Source: an uncultured Gammaproteobacteria bacterium (GTDB lineage Bacteria; Patescibacteriota; Microgenomatia; UBA10105; UBA927). Taken from it: a stretch of DNA of 37,050 nt. The translations under genes were made by a program, and so were the position numbers. How positions within the stretch are numbered: position 1 is the stretch's first letter; every line of letters begins with the position of its first letter. Location: the NCBI GenBank assembly GCA_964630015.1, contig CAZVTJ010000003.1:1-37050 (forward strand). The letters are read 5' to 3'. Positions 26,430-35,505 of this stretch are shown here, one piece after another. The notes under the pieces were generated by a model, which had not been told where the DNA came from, searched no databases, and saw only the letters and a list, made by a program, of their open reading frames with translations.

Positions 26430-28310
26430 ATGACTGCAAACGATATCCGTTCTTCCTATATTTCCTTTTTCCAAAATCACGGCCATGCCGTTATTCCGTC
26501 TGCGCCGCTTGTTCCGGAAAATGATCCGACGACACTCTTTAATAGTGCAGGAATGCAACCCCTGATTCCATATCTATTGGGGCAGGCGCATCCTTTGGGA
26601 AAGCGACTCGTCAATTCCCAAAAATCCTTCCGGAGTCAGGATATTGAAGAAGTTGGTGATAACCGACATCAGACTTTTTTTGAAATGCTGGGTAATTGGT
26701 CTTTGGGTGATTATTTTAAAAAGGAACAGCTTCCGTGGGTATTTGAGTTTTTCACGAAATACCTTGGGCTTGATCCGAAACACCTGTTCGTAACCGTATT
26801 TGAAGGAAACGATACGGTTCCCAAAGACGAAGAATCGATTGCGATATGGAAAGAATTGTTTTCAAGCGAGGGGATCGATGCAAAGATCGGAGAGCGGATT
26901 TTTACGTATCCCGCACGAAAGAATTGGTGGAGCAGATCGGGAGAACCGGATCATATGGCACTGGGTGAACCGGGAGGGCCCGATAGCGAAGTGTTTTATG
27001 ATTTTGGGGAAGAACTGCATTTGCATGAACATTCTCCATGGGCCCAGGAACCATGCCACCCGAATTGCGACTGTGGAAGGTTTCTGGAAATCGGAAATTC
27101 CGTGTTTATGCAATACAAGAAAACGGAAAACGGTTCCCTTGTTGAATTACCGCAGAAAAATGTTGATTTTGGCGGGGGTCTGGAGCGGTTAAATGCTGCG
27201 GTAAATAATATCCGGGATGTATTCCAAACGGATTCGTTTTCTTCCATTGTGCATGAATTGGAGGAAACGGCACGGACGGAATACGGAACAGATGCAAAAA
27301 GCACCCGTGCCATGCGGATTATTGCCGATCATATGCGTGCATCCGTCATGATGATTGCCGACGGTGTTCTTCCATCAAATAAAACCCAAGGGTATGTCTT
27401 GCGGCGTCTTATCCGGCGGGCACTCCTATACGGACGGGATTTGGGCGTATGGGGGAATTGGGAGTATCTGGGAGGCCTTGTTGCTCCGGTTGCACGTATG
27501 TATGCCGATGTATATCCGACCGTACAAAAACAACAGGACATGATAGAAGACGTTGTGAAGGATGAGGCGAAGCGGTTCGGAAAAAGCGTGGAAAAAGGCT
27601 TGCGGGAGATAGAAAAACTGCCGGCAGTAGACGGAAAACAGGCATTTATCCTGTATGAAACGTACGGATTTCCCTGGGAACTGACGGAAGAAATTGCCCG
27701 CGGCAGGGGCCAGGATGTGAACAGACACCAATTTGAAGAAGAATTTAAAAAGCACCAGGAATTATCACGTACCGCAGCTGCCGGAATGTTTAAGGGTGGA
27801 CTGGCCGATCATAGTGTGCAGACAACCAGGCTACATACGGCAACACACCTGTTGCATAAAGCCCTTCGCACTATTCTTGGAACACACGTGTCACAAAAGG
27901 GAAGCAACATTACGGTTGAACGACTCCGGTTTGATTTTTCACATCCGGCAAAAATTACTCCTGAGGAGTTGAAAAAAATTGAAGCCATGGTCAACGATGC
28001 CATTGCGGCAAATTACCCCGTCACGATGGAGACGCTGGGGAAAAAAGAAGCACTTGAAAGCGGTGCACTTGGATTTTTTGTGGAAAAATACGGGGATCAG
28101 GTAAAGGTATATACAGTCGGTGATCCGCATGGAGCCTGGTTTTCCAGGGAAATCTGCGGTGGACCGCACGTTTCCTTTACAGGCGAACTGGGGCACTTTA
28201 CAATAATAAAGGAAGAGGCAGTAAGTGCCGGTGTCCGCCGGATTTACGCAAACGTAACCAATGAAACCGTTATCCACCATCCTGACGCGATTCACGAAAA
28301 AAACACCTGA
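26430..28310 (+). CDS. alaS: Alanine--tRNA ligase, short form (catalytic + tRNA-binding + editing domains, no C-Ala domain)
   Basis: IRSSYISFFQNHGH..IPSAPLVP.NDPTLLFNSAGM, FEMLGNWSLGDYFK, and editing-site motifs HTATHLLHKAL and CGGPHV. 626 aa. Confidence 0.93.
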   Translation: MTANDIRSSYISFFQNHGHAVIPSAPLVPENDPTTLFNSAGMQPLIPYLLGQAHPLGKRLVNSQKSFRSQDIEEVGDNRHQTFFEMLGNWSLGDYFKKEQLPWVFEFFTKYLGLDPKHLFVTVFEGNDTVPKDEESIAIWKELFSSEGIDAKIGERIFTYPARKNWWSRSGEPDHMALGEPGGPDSEVFYDFGEELHLHEHSPWAQEPCHPNCDCGRFLEIGNSVFMQYKKTENGSLVELPQKNVDFGGGLERLNAAVNNIRDVFQTDSFSSIVHELEETARTEYGTDAKSTRAMRIIADHMRASVMMIADGVLPSNKTQGYVLRRLIRRALLYGRDLGVWGNWEYLGGLVAPVARMYADVYPTVQKQQDMIEDVVKDEAKRFGKSVEKGLREIEKLPAVDGKQAFILYETYGFPWELTEEIARGRGQDVNRHQFEEEFKKHQELSRTAAAGMFKGGLADHSVQTTRLHTATHLLHKALRTILGTHVSQKGSNITVERLRFDFSHPAKITPEELKKIEAMVNDAIAANYPVTMETLGKKEALESGALGFFVEKYGDQVKVYTVGDPHGAWFSREICGGPHVSFTGELGHFTIIKEEAVSAGVRRIYANVTNETVIHHPDAIHEKNT

Positions 28311-30648
28311 AAAGAAAACGGTGTATCTTTCTCTCGTTTTAACCCCTTCAACAGTTCTCGCCGCCGTGTGGAATATGGGGGATGATGGTCACGTTGAAAT
28401 TGTCGGTACGGCTTCCGACAGTGTTGTTGCCGATACGTGGGATGAACGACTGGTGAGTTCCGACCATGTTATTTCTTCCTGTGAAGGAAAAGCCGGTCCG
28501 TCGGAAATTAAAAATGTTATTTTGGGTTTGTCGGAAGAATATTTAACCCCCGAAGGGGAAGTCGCCCATGACGTCCGGGGACCGCTGAAGAAAATACTTT
28601 CCTCCCTTGGCCTTACGGCCCTTGGGTATGTTGGACTCGACAGCGCTTTGTCGTTTTATTTCAAAAAAACGGAAGGGATTCCCCCAAGCTGTATTTTTAT
28701 CCACTGTGGAACATCAACGGTTGATGTGACGCTCTATAGCGTCGGGCAGAAGATCGGACGGGAACATCTGAAATTAACAGGAAAGACAGTATTGGATATT
28801 GAAGCTGCGATGAAAAAGATAGCCCAATCGGAAATTCTTCCCCCACGGATCATGATCTACGGGATGGGCGAACAGGATCTGGAGGAATTCAGGCGGAGCC
28901 TTATGAAGCATCCGTGGACGGCAAAGCTTCAATTTTTGCATTTTCCCAAAATCGAAAGCATTCCGGGAAAAGTTTTGGCAAAATCGGTGGTTATGGCAGG
29001 TGCAAGTGAACTTGTCCATGCGGTAAGCGATAAGGACGAATCCGGTGAGACAAAACAAACCAGTGAAGAAGAACAGGAAACGGAAGCGTCACCCACGCAA
29101 ATACGGCAAACTACTCCGGTACACGTTGAAGTCGTAGAAGAAGATATTCAAAAAGAGGATCAGAGTGATGAAAGTGAGGAAGTAATCAGCGAAGATGAGC
29201 ATGATGAAGAGGTAGGAGAATTGGTGAAAGATGAAGATGAGAGCGCTATGGATATGAAAGAAGAAACGGTGATTTCCCAACATACTCCAAAACGGAAAGA
29301 ACTGGAAAATGTGGAGATTGTTGATCCGACGGAGCTTGGATTTGGACCTGCAGAAGACGAAACGGAGGAATTACCCCAGGATAGCCAGCCGGATGAAGAG
29401 GAACAAGAGGAACAGGAGGACCAGGAGCGGATTTCACCATTTGTGAAACTACGGGATTTCCTTTCAGGATTATTCCAAAGACAGACAAATGAAACAGGCG
29501 GAAAAAAGAAAGTCATTTTTGCGATTATTGGTGTATTAATTCTTATTGTGGGTATTGCGGGATATAGTGCATGGCAATGGTTTGTGCCTAAAGCAACGGT
29601 AACGATATCCGTTGTCCCGAAGATGATCGATAAGTCGGAAACAGTGACCGTTTCCACAACCGGTACAGAAATAAATGCCGAAAAATCGGTTATACCGGGG
29701 AAGAAAATTGAAAAAACCGTATCAGGGGAAAAAACGGCTACCGTTTCGGGAACGAAGAAAGTCGGTGATCCTGCACGGGGCACGGTAACGCTTTACAATA
29801 AATCGCTTTCCGCAAAGACGCTTGAAAAAGGATCCGTTTTCACATTCGGATCACTTTCCTTTACGCTTGATGCGGAGGTTACGATTGCATCGGCATCCGA
29901 GTCGATCGGATCGATAACGTTCGGAAAGGCAAATGGTGCACTTACTGCTTCGGCAATAGGGCCAGAATCAAATATCAGTGCAAATTCCGAATTTGTATCC
30001 AAGGAATATGGCGGCAATGTCGTTATTGCCCGTAACGAACAGGCATTATCGGGTGGGACAAGTCGGAACGTGACTGTCGTTACCAGTGCTGATATGAATA
30101 AGCTGGTAGCGGCATTAACCACGGAATTATCCACAAAGGCAAAGGAAGATATTGCATCCGATTCGTCAGGTGGTTTGACGCTAATCGATTCGACAATAGA
30201 AATATCCAAGGATGTTTCCAAAACGTTCGATAAGGAGCTAGACCAGGAAGCAAAAAATATAACGGGAAAAGTGACAATTACCGTAACGGGCATTGCATAT
30301 AATCCGGATGACATCAAGACGCTCCTGAGGAAAAAGGTAAACGCCGATGTTCCCAAAGGATATGTCGTGAATGAAACGCGGGAATCGATGGATATCGGTA
30401 CGCCAAAAGTTGCAAAAGACGAAACCATAACTATTGCCGCAAGCATCCACAGCGCTGCGCTTCCTGTTGTGGATGCGGGTGATACGGCACGGAAAATTTC
30501 CGGAAAATCGACGGATGATATAAAGGCAGTACTGAAAGATATTCCCGGTATTTCCAATGTATCTGTCCTTATCGGAAAATCGTCTTCAAGCGGAAAACTT
30601 CCGAAAAATCCGGCCAACATCACCATAAAAATTGCGGTTTCAAAATAA
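28261..30648 (+). CDS. Hypothetical chimeric membrane protein: actin/ASKHA-fold-like N-domain, polyacidic linker, one TM, beta-rich ectodomain
   Basis: 795-aa ORF. See finding 1 for the motif reading. TM at aa 417-441 (nt ~29509-29583). The start is uncertain because 28261 overlaps alaS by 50 nt. Alternatives are GTG 28321 and ATG 28372. Confidence 0.6.
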   Translation: MKPLSTILTRFTKKTPEKKTVYLSLVLTPSTVLAAVWNMGDDGHVEIVGTASDSVVADTWDERLVSSDHVISSCEGKAGPSEIKNVILGLSEEYLTPEGEVAHDVRGPLKKILSSLGLTALGYVGLDSALSFYFKKTEGIPPSCIFIHCGTSTVDVTLYSVGQKIGREHLKLTGKTVLDIEAAMKKIAQSEILPPRIMIYGMGEQDLEEFRRSLMKHPWTAKLQFLHFPKIESIPGKVLAKSVVMAGASELVHAVSDKDESGETKQTSEEEQETEASPTQIRQTTPVHVEVVEEDIQKEDQSDESEEVISEDEHDEEVGELVKDEDESAMDMKEETVISQHTPKRKELENVEIVDPTELGFGPAEDETEELPQDSQPDEEEQEEQEDQERISPFVKLRDFLSGLFQRQTNETGGKKKVIFAIIGVLILIVGIAGYSAWQWFVPKATVTISVVPKMIDKSETVTVSTTGTEINAEKSVIPGKKIEKTVSGEKTATVSGTKKVGDPARGTVTLYNKSLSAKTLEKGSVFTFGSLSFTLDAEVTIASASESIGSITFGKANGALTASAIGPESNISANSEFVSKEYGGNVVIARNEQALSGGTSRNVTVVTSADMNKLVAALTTELSTKAKEDIASDSSGGLTLIDSTIEISKDVSKTFDKELDQEAKNITGKVTITVTGIAYNPDDIKTLLRKKVNADVPKGYVVNETRESMDIGTPKVAKDETITIAASIHSAALPVVDAGDTARKISGKSTDDIKAVLKDIPGISNVSVLIGKSSSSGKLPKNPANITIKIAVSK

Positions 30649-30662
30649 CAGGGGATATTCCT

Positions 30663-31367
30663 ATGCCGTATTACCGTTATGTTCATGCTTCATCATTGAA
30701 GAAAAGAAAGGCGCCTCCGATATTTTCCTATCTCCTTATGGGAGGAGGTTTTCTTATTTTGGCGTGGACCTTCTGGCCGATTGTTTCTTTTTTCGCGGTT
30801 CATCAGATGCCTGATGTATTGGGGGTGTGGAGCTCAAGCCCCACGACTGAGGGATTTTTGGCCCCGATGGTATTTGCATCGTCAAATGACGAATCGCTTT
30901 CCGACGTAAACCGTTGGTACCCCAATAGGCCACAGAAGCGAAGTGCAACATTGTTATCGGAATATACGTTGTCCATTCCGAAATTATCCATAGAAAATGC
31001 CCGTGTAATGGTTGCCGGAGATGATTTGGCAAAAAGCCTTATTCATTATGGCGGTACGTCTCTTCCCGGACAAAACGGGACATCGGTTATTTTTGGCCAT
31101 TCGACACTTCCGCAATTTTTCGATCAAACCAATTACAAAAGTATTTTTTCTACGCTTCCCAAGTTATCGGTCGGTGATACTATTATTCTTACGGCCGATT
31201 CAACGGTGTATACATATAAAATTTATGACACGAAAATTGTTGCGGCAAATGATCTGACGGCACTGGAACAGCAAACGGATGATTCATATCTGACGCTGGT
31301 AACCTGTGTTCCGCCCGGTACCTATTGGAAACGGCTTAACGTCCATGCAAAGCTGGAACGCTTATGA
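30663..31367 (+). CDS. Sortase-family transpeptidase
   Basis: N-terminal TM, catalytic His (SVIFGHSTLP), TLxTC-type Cys (YLTLVTCVPPG) and a downstream Arg (WKRLNV). SD AGGGGA lies upstream. Confidence 0.8.
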   Translation: MPYYRYVHASSLKKRKAPPIFSYLLMGGGFLILAWTFWPIVSFFAVHQMPDVLGVWSSSPTTEGFLAPMVFASSNDESLSDVNRWYPNRPQKRSATLLSEYTLSIPKLSIENARVMVAGDDLAKSLIHYGGTSLPGQNGTSVIFGHSTLPQFFDQTNYKSIFSTLPKLSVGDTIILTADSTVYTYKIYDTKIVAANDLTALEQQTDDSYLTLVTCVPPGTYWKRLNVHAKLERL

Positions 31368-32638
31368 AACAAAAACAGAGCATACAAGATACCCAGGATG
31401 CCATCGATGCAATCAAGAAAAAATTGCTTGGGAAAAAGTTAAAATACAGCGAAGTTTTTTCCATCATGGATGATATTTCCCATGAGCGGTTAAGTCCAGT
31501 GCTGACGACGTATTTTGCGGCAGCAGGGTTTACGGAAGGGTTTTCGACGGAAGAATTGTATTTTATGACGAAAGCCATGGTGGAAACGGGACAACGGTTG
31601 TATTTTCCGGGAATTGTCGCGGATAAACATTCAACCGGAGGGGTCGCGGGCACACGGACGACAATGATTTTGGTTCCTATCGTTGCTGCTGCCGGGTTTA
31701 CCATTCCGAAAAATTCATCCCGTGCCATTACTGCGCCTGCCGGTACTGCAGATACAATGGAAGTCCTGGCTCCCGTTACATTTACTATTCGTCAGATAGA
31801 ACGGATCGTAAAAAAAATAGGCGGTTGTATCGTATGGGGAGGATCAATAGGACTGGCACCTGCAGATGATATTTTAATCCAGGTCGAAAAACCGCTTGCA
31901 TTCGAATCGTACGACAAATTCATTGTTTCCATCATGGCAAAAAAAATTGCATCGGGAGCAACGCATTTGGTACTGGATATTCCTGTTGGTCCGACGATGA
32001 AGATCCAGCATTTTGAGGATGCGGAAATTATCGCCAAAAAGTTTCGGTATTTAGGTGAAAAATTTAATGTTCGTGTTGTTACCGATGTCAACGAAACGCG
32101 TGAAAATGCCGGACATGGTGTTGGACCCGTATTGGAAGCAAAGGATGTGCTTCAGGTTTTGGAACAGCATCCTGACCGTCCGCTTGCACTTGAAGCAAAA
32201 GCACTCCGGTTAGCCGGGAAATTATTATCGATTTGCCTGGATGATTCAAAAAAACACCACGGCGCAATTCGCGGTGAGGATTTAGCACGCGATATGTTGC
32301 TTTCCGGAAAAGCACTGTCCAAAATGAGGGAAATTATCAAAGCGCAGGGTGGTGATCCTGATGTAGAAAGCAAAAAATTAAAACCCGGAAAATTTGTTTT
32401 TGAGTGGAAGACAAACCACCCTGGTAGGGTGACAAAAATAGATAATCAACAGGTAAGTATCATATCCAAGATTCTGGGGTGTCCGACGGATAAACGATCC
32501 GGGATGTATCTGAACCGGAAATTAGAGGAAAAAGTCGATGCGCATGATATACTATGTACATTGTACAGTTCGGATTCGTGGCGTTTGAAGGAGGCTGTCG
32601 AAACACTCAAGCACGAACCCGTGTATACATTGGAGTAA
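31364..32638 (+). CDS. Archaeal-type AMP/thymidine phosphorylase family protein (glycosyltransferase family 3)
   Basis: ADKHSTGGVAGTRTTMILVPIVAAAGFTIPKNSSRAITAPAGTADTMEVL. ATGA start/stop overlap with the sortase gene. Confidence 0.75.
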   Translation: MKQKQSIQDTQDAIDAIKKKLLGKKLKYSEVFSIMDDISHERLSPVLTTYFAAAGFTEGFSTEELYFMTKAMVETGQRLYFPGIVADKHSTGGVAGTRTTMILVPIVAAAGFTIPKNSSRAITAPAGTADTMEVLAPVTFTIRQIERIVKKIGGCIVWGGSIGLAPADDILIQVEKPLAFESYDKFIVSIMAKKIASGATHLVLDIPVGPTMKIQHFEDAEIIAKKFRYLGEKFNVRVVTDVNETRENAGHGVGPVLEAKDVLQVLEQHPDRPLALEAKALRLAGKLLSICLDDSKKHHGAIRGEDLARDMLLSGKALSKMREIIKAQGGDPDVESKKLKPGKFVFEWKTNHPGRVTKIDNQQVSIISKILGCPTDKRSGMYLNRKLEEKVDAHDILCTLYSSDSWRLKEAVETLKHEPVYTLE

Positions 32639-32642
32639 ATTT

Positions 32643-32834
32643 ATGTTTAAAAATATGATTGCGCCCGTACAGGCATGGCTTTTATCCCAGGGAAAGTGTG
32701 TCGGGTGCGGAAAACTATTGCCGAAAAAGAGCGGGAGTGATTTAGTGCAGATTACCTGTACATGCGGACGGATTTATATGTATGATTCCAAGGTAAAACG
32801 ATTCCGGAGGGCAACGTTCGATGAAATCAAATAA
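32643..32834 (+). CDS. Small zinc-ribbon-like protein
   Basis: 63 aa with CVGC...CTC spaced as in a Zn ribbon. It lies 4 nt after the preceding stop and overlaps mltG by 14 nt. Confidence 0.45.
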   Translation: MFKNMIAPVQAWLLSQGKCVGCGKLLPKKSGSDLVQITCTCGRIYMYDSKVKRFRRATFDEIK

Positions 32835-33798
32835 ACCCTTAAGAGTGCGGCTTCTTGTGTTTATTATTACAGTTTTTGTTGTCGGTGGCGGTGCATTTTT
32901 TTGGTGGCAAGATGCAATTTCTTCAGTAGATGATAAAGATACGACTCCTGTTGATTTTTCTATCGACAGTGGTGAGGGTATACGATCCATCACAAATAGA
33001 TTGTTTTCCGATGGATTAATACGATCGCCAACGGGATTTTTCATTTTGGTGAAGGTCATGGGGAAGGAAAAGAACCTTCAGGCAGGGGATTTTCGGTTGA
33101 CAAAAGCAATGACGGGAACACAGATTATCGAACGGTTAATGCATGGAACCCAGGATGTATGGATTACCGTTCCGGAGGGATGGCGAGTAGAAGAAATTGC
33201 GACAGAAGTGGCAAAATCATTAAACATTCCGGAGAGTGAATTTTTATCAGTTGCCCGTGAGGGGTATATGTTTCCCGATACATATCGCATTCCTTCCGAT
33301 GCAACGGCAGGTGCCATCCTTGAAACATTTGATAATAATTTTAAAGTGAAGGTTCTTCAGGTGATCCCGGATTTTTCGAATGGAAAATCCGATTTGGCAA
33401 ATGCAATTATTCTTGCGTCTTTAGTTGAAAGGGAAGGGAAAAATGATACCGATAGGCCGATTATCGCCGGAATTCTGAAAAACCGGCTTGAAATAGGTAT
33501 GCCGCTTCAGGTCGACGCAACGCTGCAATATGCACTTGGATATCAGTCAAAGGAAAAGACGTGGTGGAAAAAGGAATTGAATGACGAAGACAAAAAAATT
33601 GATTCGGCATTCAACACATATCTTCATCCCGGATTACCGCCAAGCCCAATATCGAACCCAGGATTGTCTGCAATTCGGGCAGCCGTATATCCGAAAAAAA
33701 CAGAGTATTTATATTACCTTCATGATGCAAATGGCGTTGCTCATTATGGAAAAACCCTTGAAGAGCATACTCGCAATATCCAAAAATATATTCAGTAA
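32821..33798 (+). CDS. mltG: Endolytic murein transglycosylase MltG (YceG-like)
   Basis: N-terminal TM, a LysM-like region, and the catalytic-region motifs ILASLVEREG and QVDATLQYALG. Confidence 0.88.
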   Translation: MKSNKPLRVRLLVFIITVFVVGGGAFFWWQDAISSVDDKDTTPVDFSIDSGEGIRSITNRLFSDGLIRSPTGFFILVKVMGKEKNLQAGDFRLTKAMTGTQIIERLMHGTQDVWITVPEGWRVEEIATEVAKSLNIPESEFLSVAREGYMFPDTYRIPSDATAGAILETFDNNFKVKVLQVIPDFSNGKSDLANAIILASLVEREGKNDTDRPIIAGILKNRLEIGMPLQVDATLQYALGYQSKEKTWWKKELNDEDKKIDSAFNTYLHPGLPPSPISNPGLSAIRAAVYPKKTEYLYYLHDANGVAHYGKTLEEHTRNIQKYIQ

Positions 33799-33801
33799 AT
33801 C

Positions 33802-35484
33802 ATGAAATTCTTCATCCGGAACAGTATTGTAATTTTCGGTTTTATTGTCCTGTACTTGTTTCCCCAAAAAATTCATGCGGAAACGATCGATTCGTATGAT
33901 GTCGGTATTTCAATTCAGAAGGATGCGACAATCCGGGTGCAGGAAAAAATTATGTATGATTTCGGTAATGTGGAACGTCATGGCATTTATAGGACAATTC
34001 CTTTGACGAAATCAAACGACAGCTCAAAATCCTTCAGAATGGTACTGGATTCAATTTCGGTGTTGCGGGACGGAATTCCCGAAACATTTTCCATTGAGGG
34101 GAGCAAAACGGAAGGAAAAATAAAAATCGGGAGAGCTGCGTCGACGATAAATGGTAAACATGAATATGACATACGCTATATCGTGAAGGGTTCGTTGACG
34201 TATTTTTCCGACCATGATGAACTGTATTGGAACGCCATCGGTACGGATTGGAGTATTCCAATCCTTGCATCTTCCGTTGTTGTAGATCTTCCCGAAGGTA
34301 TTTCAGAGCCGACACGTACACAGTGTTTTGTCGGTTCTTACGGTTCTGATACAAATGCCTGTTCAATCAATACACAGGATGGAAAGATTGTGTTTGTACC
34401 AAATTCAATACTGTCTCCGGGAAATGGCATTACGGTAGTTGTTGGGTTCCCCAAAAGGAGTGTTGATGTCGTTGATCCGATTCCGATGCAAACAAAACTG
34501 GAAGAAATCGGGCAAACACTTTTATGGATCGGAATTGCCCTTCTTTCTTTCGGATGGTATTTTGCTTTGCCTTTCTGGGTAGTCTATCGATGGTTTACTA
34601 GGGGTCGTGATCCGAAGCCGCCTATGGGGGTGGCGAGTGCATGGTTTGATGTTCCCAAAACTAAAACAATGCGGCCGCTTACACCCGGGGAAACCGGAAC
34701 GCTTGTGGATGAAAAAGCGGATATCAGGGACATAACGGCAACGATCATTGATCTTGCACGACGGGGGTATCTTAGTATTCAGGAAGAAAAAAAGGGATCT
34801 TTTACCCTAAAAAAACGTACGCCAAAACAACCCGATTCGTTGGAACCATTTGAGACAAAACTGCTTACCGGATTATTCACGGAAAAAGATATTGTTGCGC
34901 TTGAACAATCAGGTTCGTTTGTTACCCTCATGACAACGGCAAAGGATCAATTATATAAAGCAGTGGTCAATGAAGGGTATTTTTCCGAAAGTCCGGAGAA
35001 AGTCAGGACCCGGTATATAGTTCTTGGTTCACTGGGAATAATGACCGGTAATTTACCGCTTCTTATTACCGCATTTACATTCGGGATGGCAATGCCAAGA
35101 AAAACCATGTTGGGATCACAAACCCAGGCCGTTGCGTTATCCCTCCGGAATTTTATTGTTACACAATCGAGCCAATATAAATTTCAGGCTGAAAAACAAA
35201 TATTCTTCGAAAAATTCTTACCGTACGCAATTGTATTCGGAGTAGAAAAGATTTGGGCGGATCGCTTTAAGACCTTGGGCATCAAATCCCCCGATTGGTA
35301 TGAGGGGTATGATTCATCACGTACTTTTTCTTCAGTCTATCTTGCTTCCCACCTGGGGTCATCATTGACCAATCATTTATCTTCAGTAGCCACTCCAACT
35401 CGTTCTTCTTCCGGTTTTTCCTCCGGATTTTCCGGGGGGTTTTCCGGTGGTGGTGGTGGGGGTGGGGGGGGAGGTAGTTGGTAA
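33802..35484 (+). CDS. DUF2207-family membrane protein with C-terminal poly-Gly tail
   Basis: Signal peptide, an N-terminal beta-rich ectodomain (IDSYDVGISIQKDATIRVQEKIMYDF is the typical DUF2207 opening), TM helices, and the tail SSSGFSSGFSGGFSGGGGGGGGGGSW. Confidence 0.75.
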   Translation: MKFFIRNSIVIFGFIVLYLFPQKIHAETIDSYDVGISIQKDATIRVQEKIMYDFGNVERHGIYRTIPLTKSNDSSKSFRMVLDSISVLRDGIPETFSIEGSKTEGKIKIGRAASTINGKHEYDIRYIVKGSLTYFSDHDELYWNAIGTDWSIPILASSVVVDLPEGISEPTRTQCFVGSYGSDTNACSINTQDGKIVFVPNSILSPGNGITVVVGFPKRSVDVVDPIPMQTKLEEIGQTLLWIGIALLSFGWYFALPFWVVYRWFTRGRDPKPPMGVASAWFDVPKTKTMRPLTPGETGTLVDEKADIRDITATIIDLARRGYLSIQEEKKGSFTLKKRTPKQPDSLEPFETKLLTGLFTEKDIVALEQSGSFVTLMTTAKDQLYKAVVNEGYFSESPEKVRTRYIVLGSLGIMTGNLPLLITAFTFGMAMPRKTMLGSQTQAVALSLRNFIVTQSSQYKFQAEKQIFFEKFLPYAIVFGVEKIWADRFKTLGIKSPDWYEGYDSSRTFSSVYLASHLGSSLTNHLSSVATPTRSSSGFSSGFSGGFSGGGGGGGGGGSW

Positions 35485-35505
35485 TATATAAAAAGGAGGG
35501 TTTGT

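Noticed and set aside
29396-29425. Near-tandem 9-nt units (gaggaacaa/gaggaacag/gaggaccag) that might be a microsatellite or contingency locus.
   Set aside because: There are only three imperfect in-frame units encoding EEQ within a generally polyacidic linker. This is ordinary low-complexity coding sequence.
29160-30686. Two long minus-strand ORFs (207 aa and 297 aa) antisense to the 795-aa gene.
   Set aside because: They are S/F/I-rich mirror translations of the acidic and S/T/V-rich coding regions. They have no start context or motifs, and the plus-strand ORF is continuous with a TM helix and SD-bearing neighbours.
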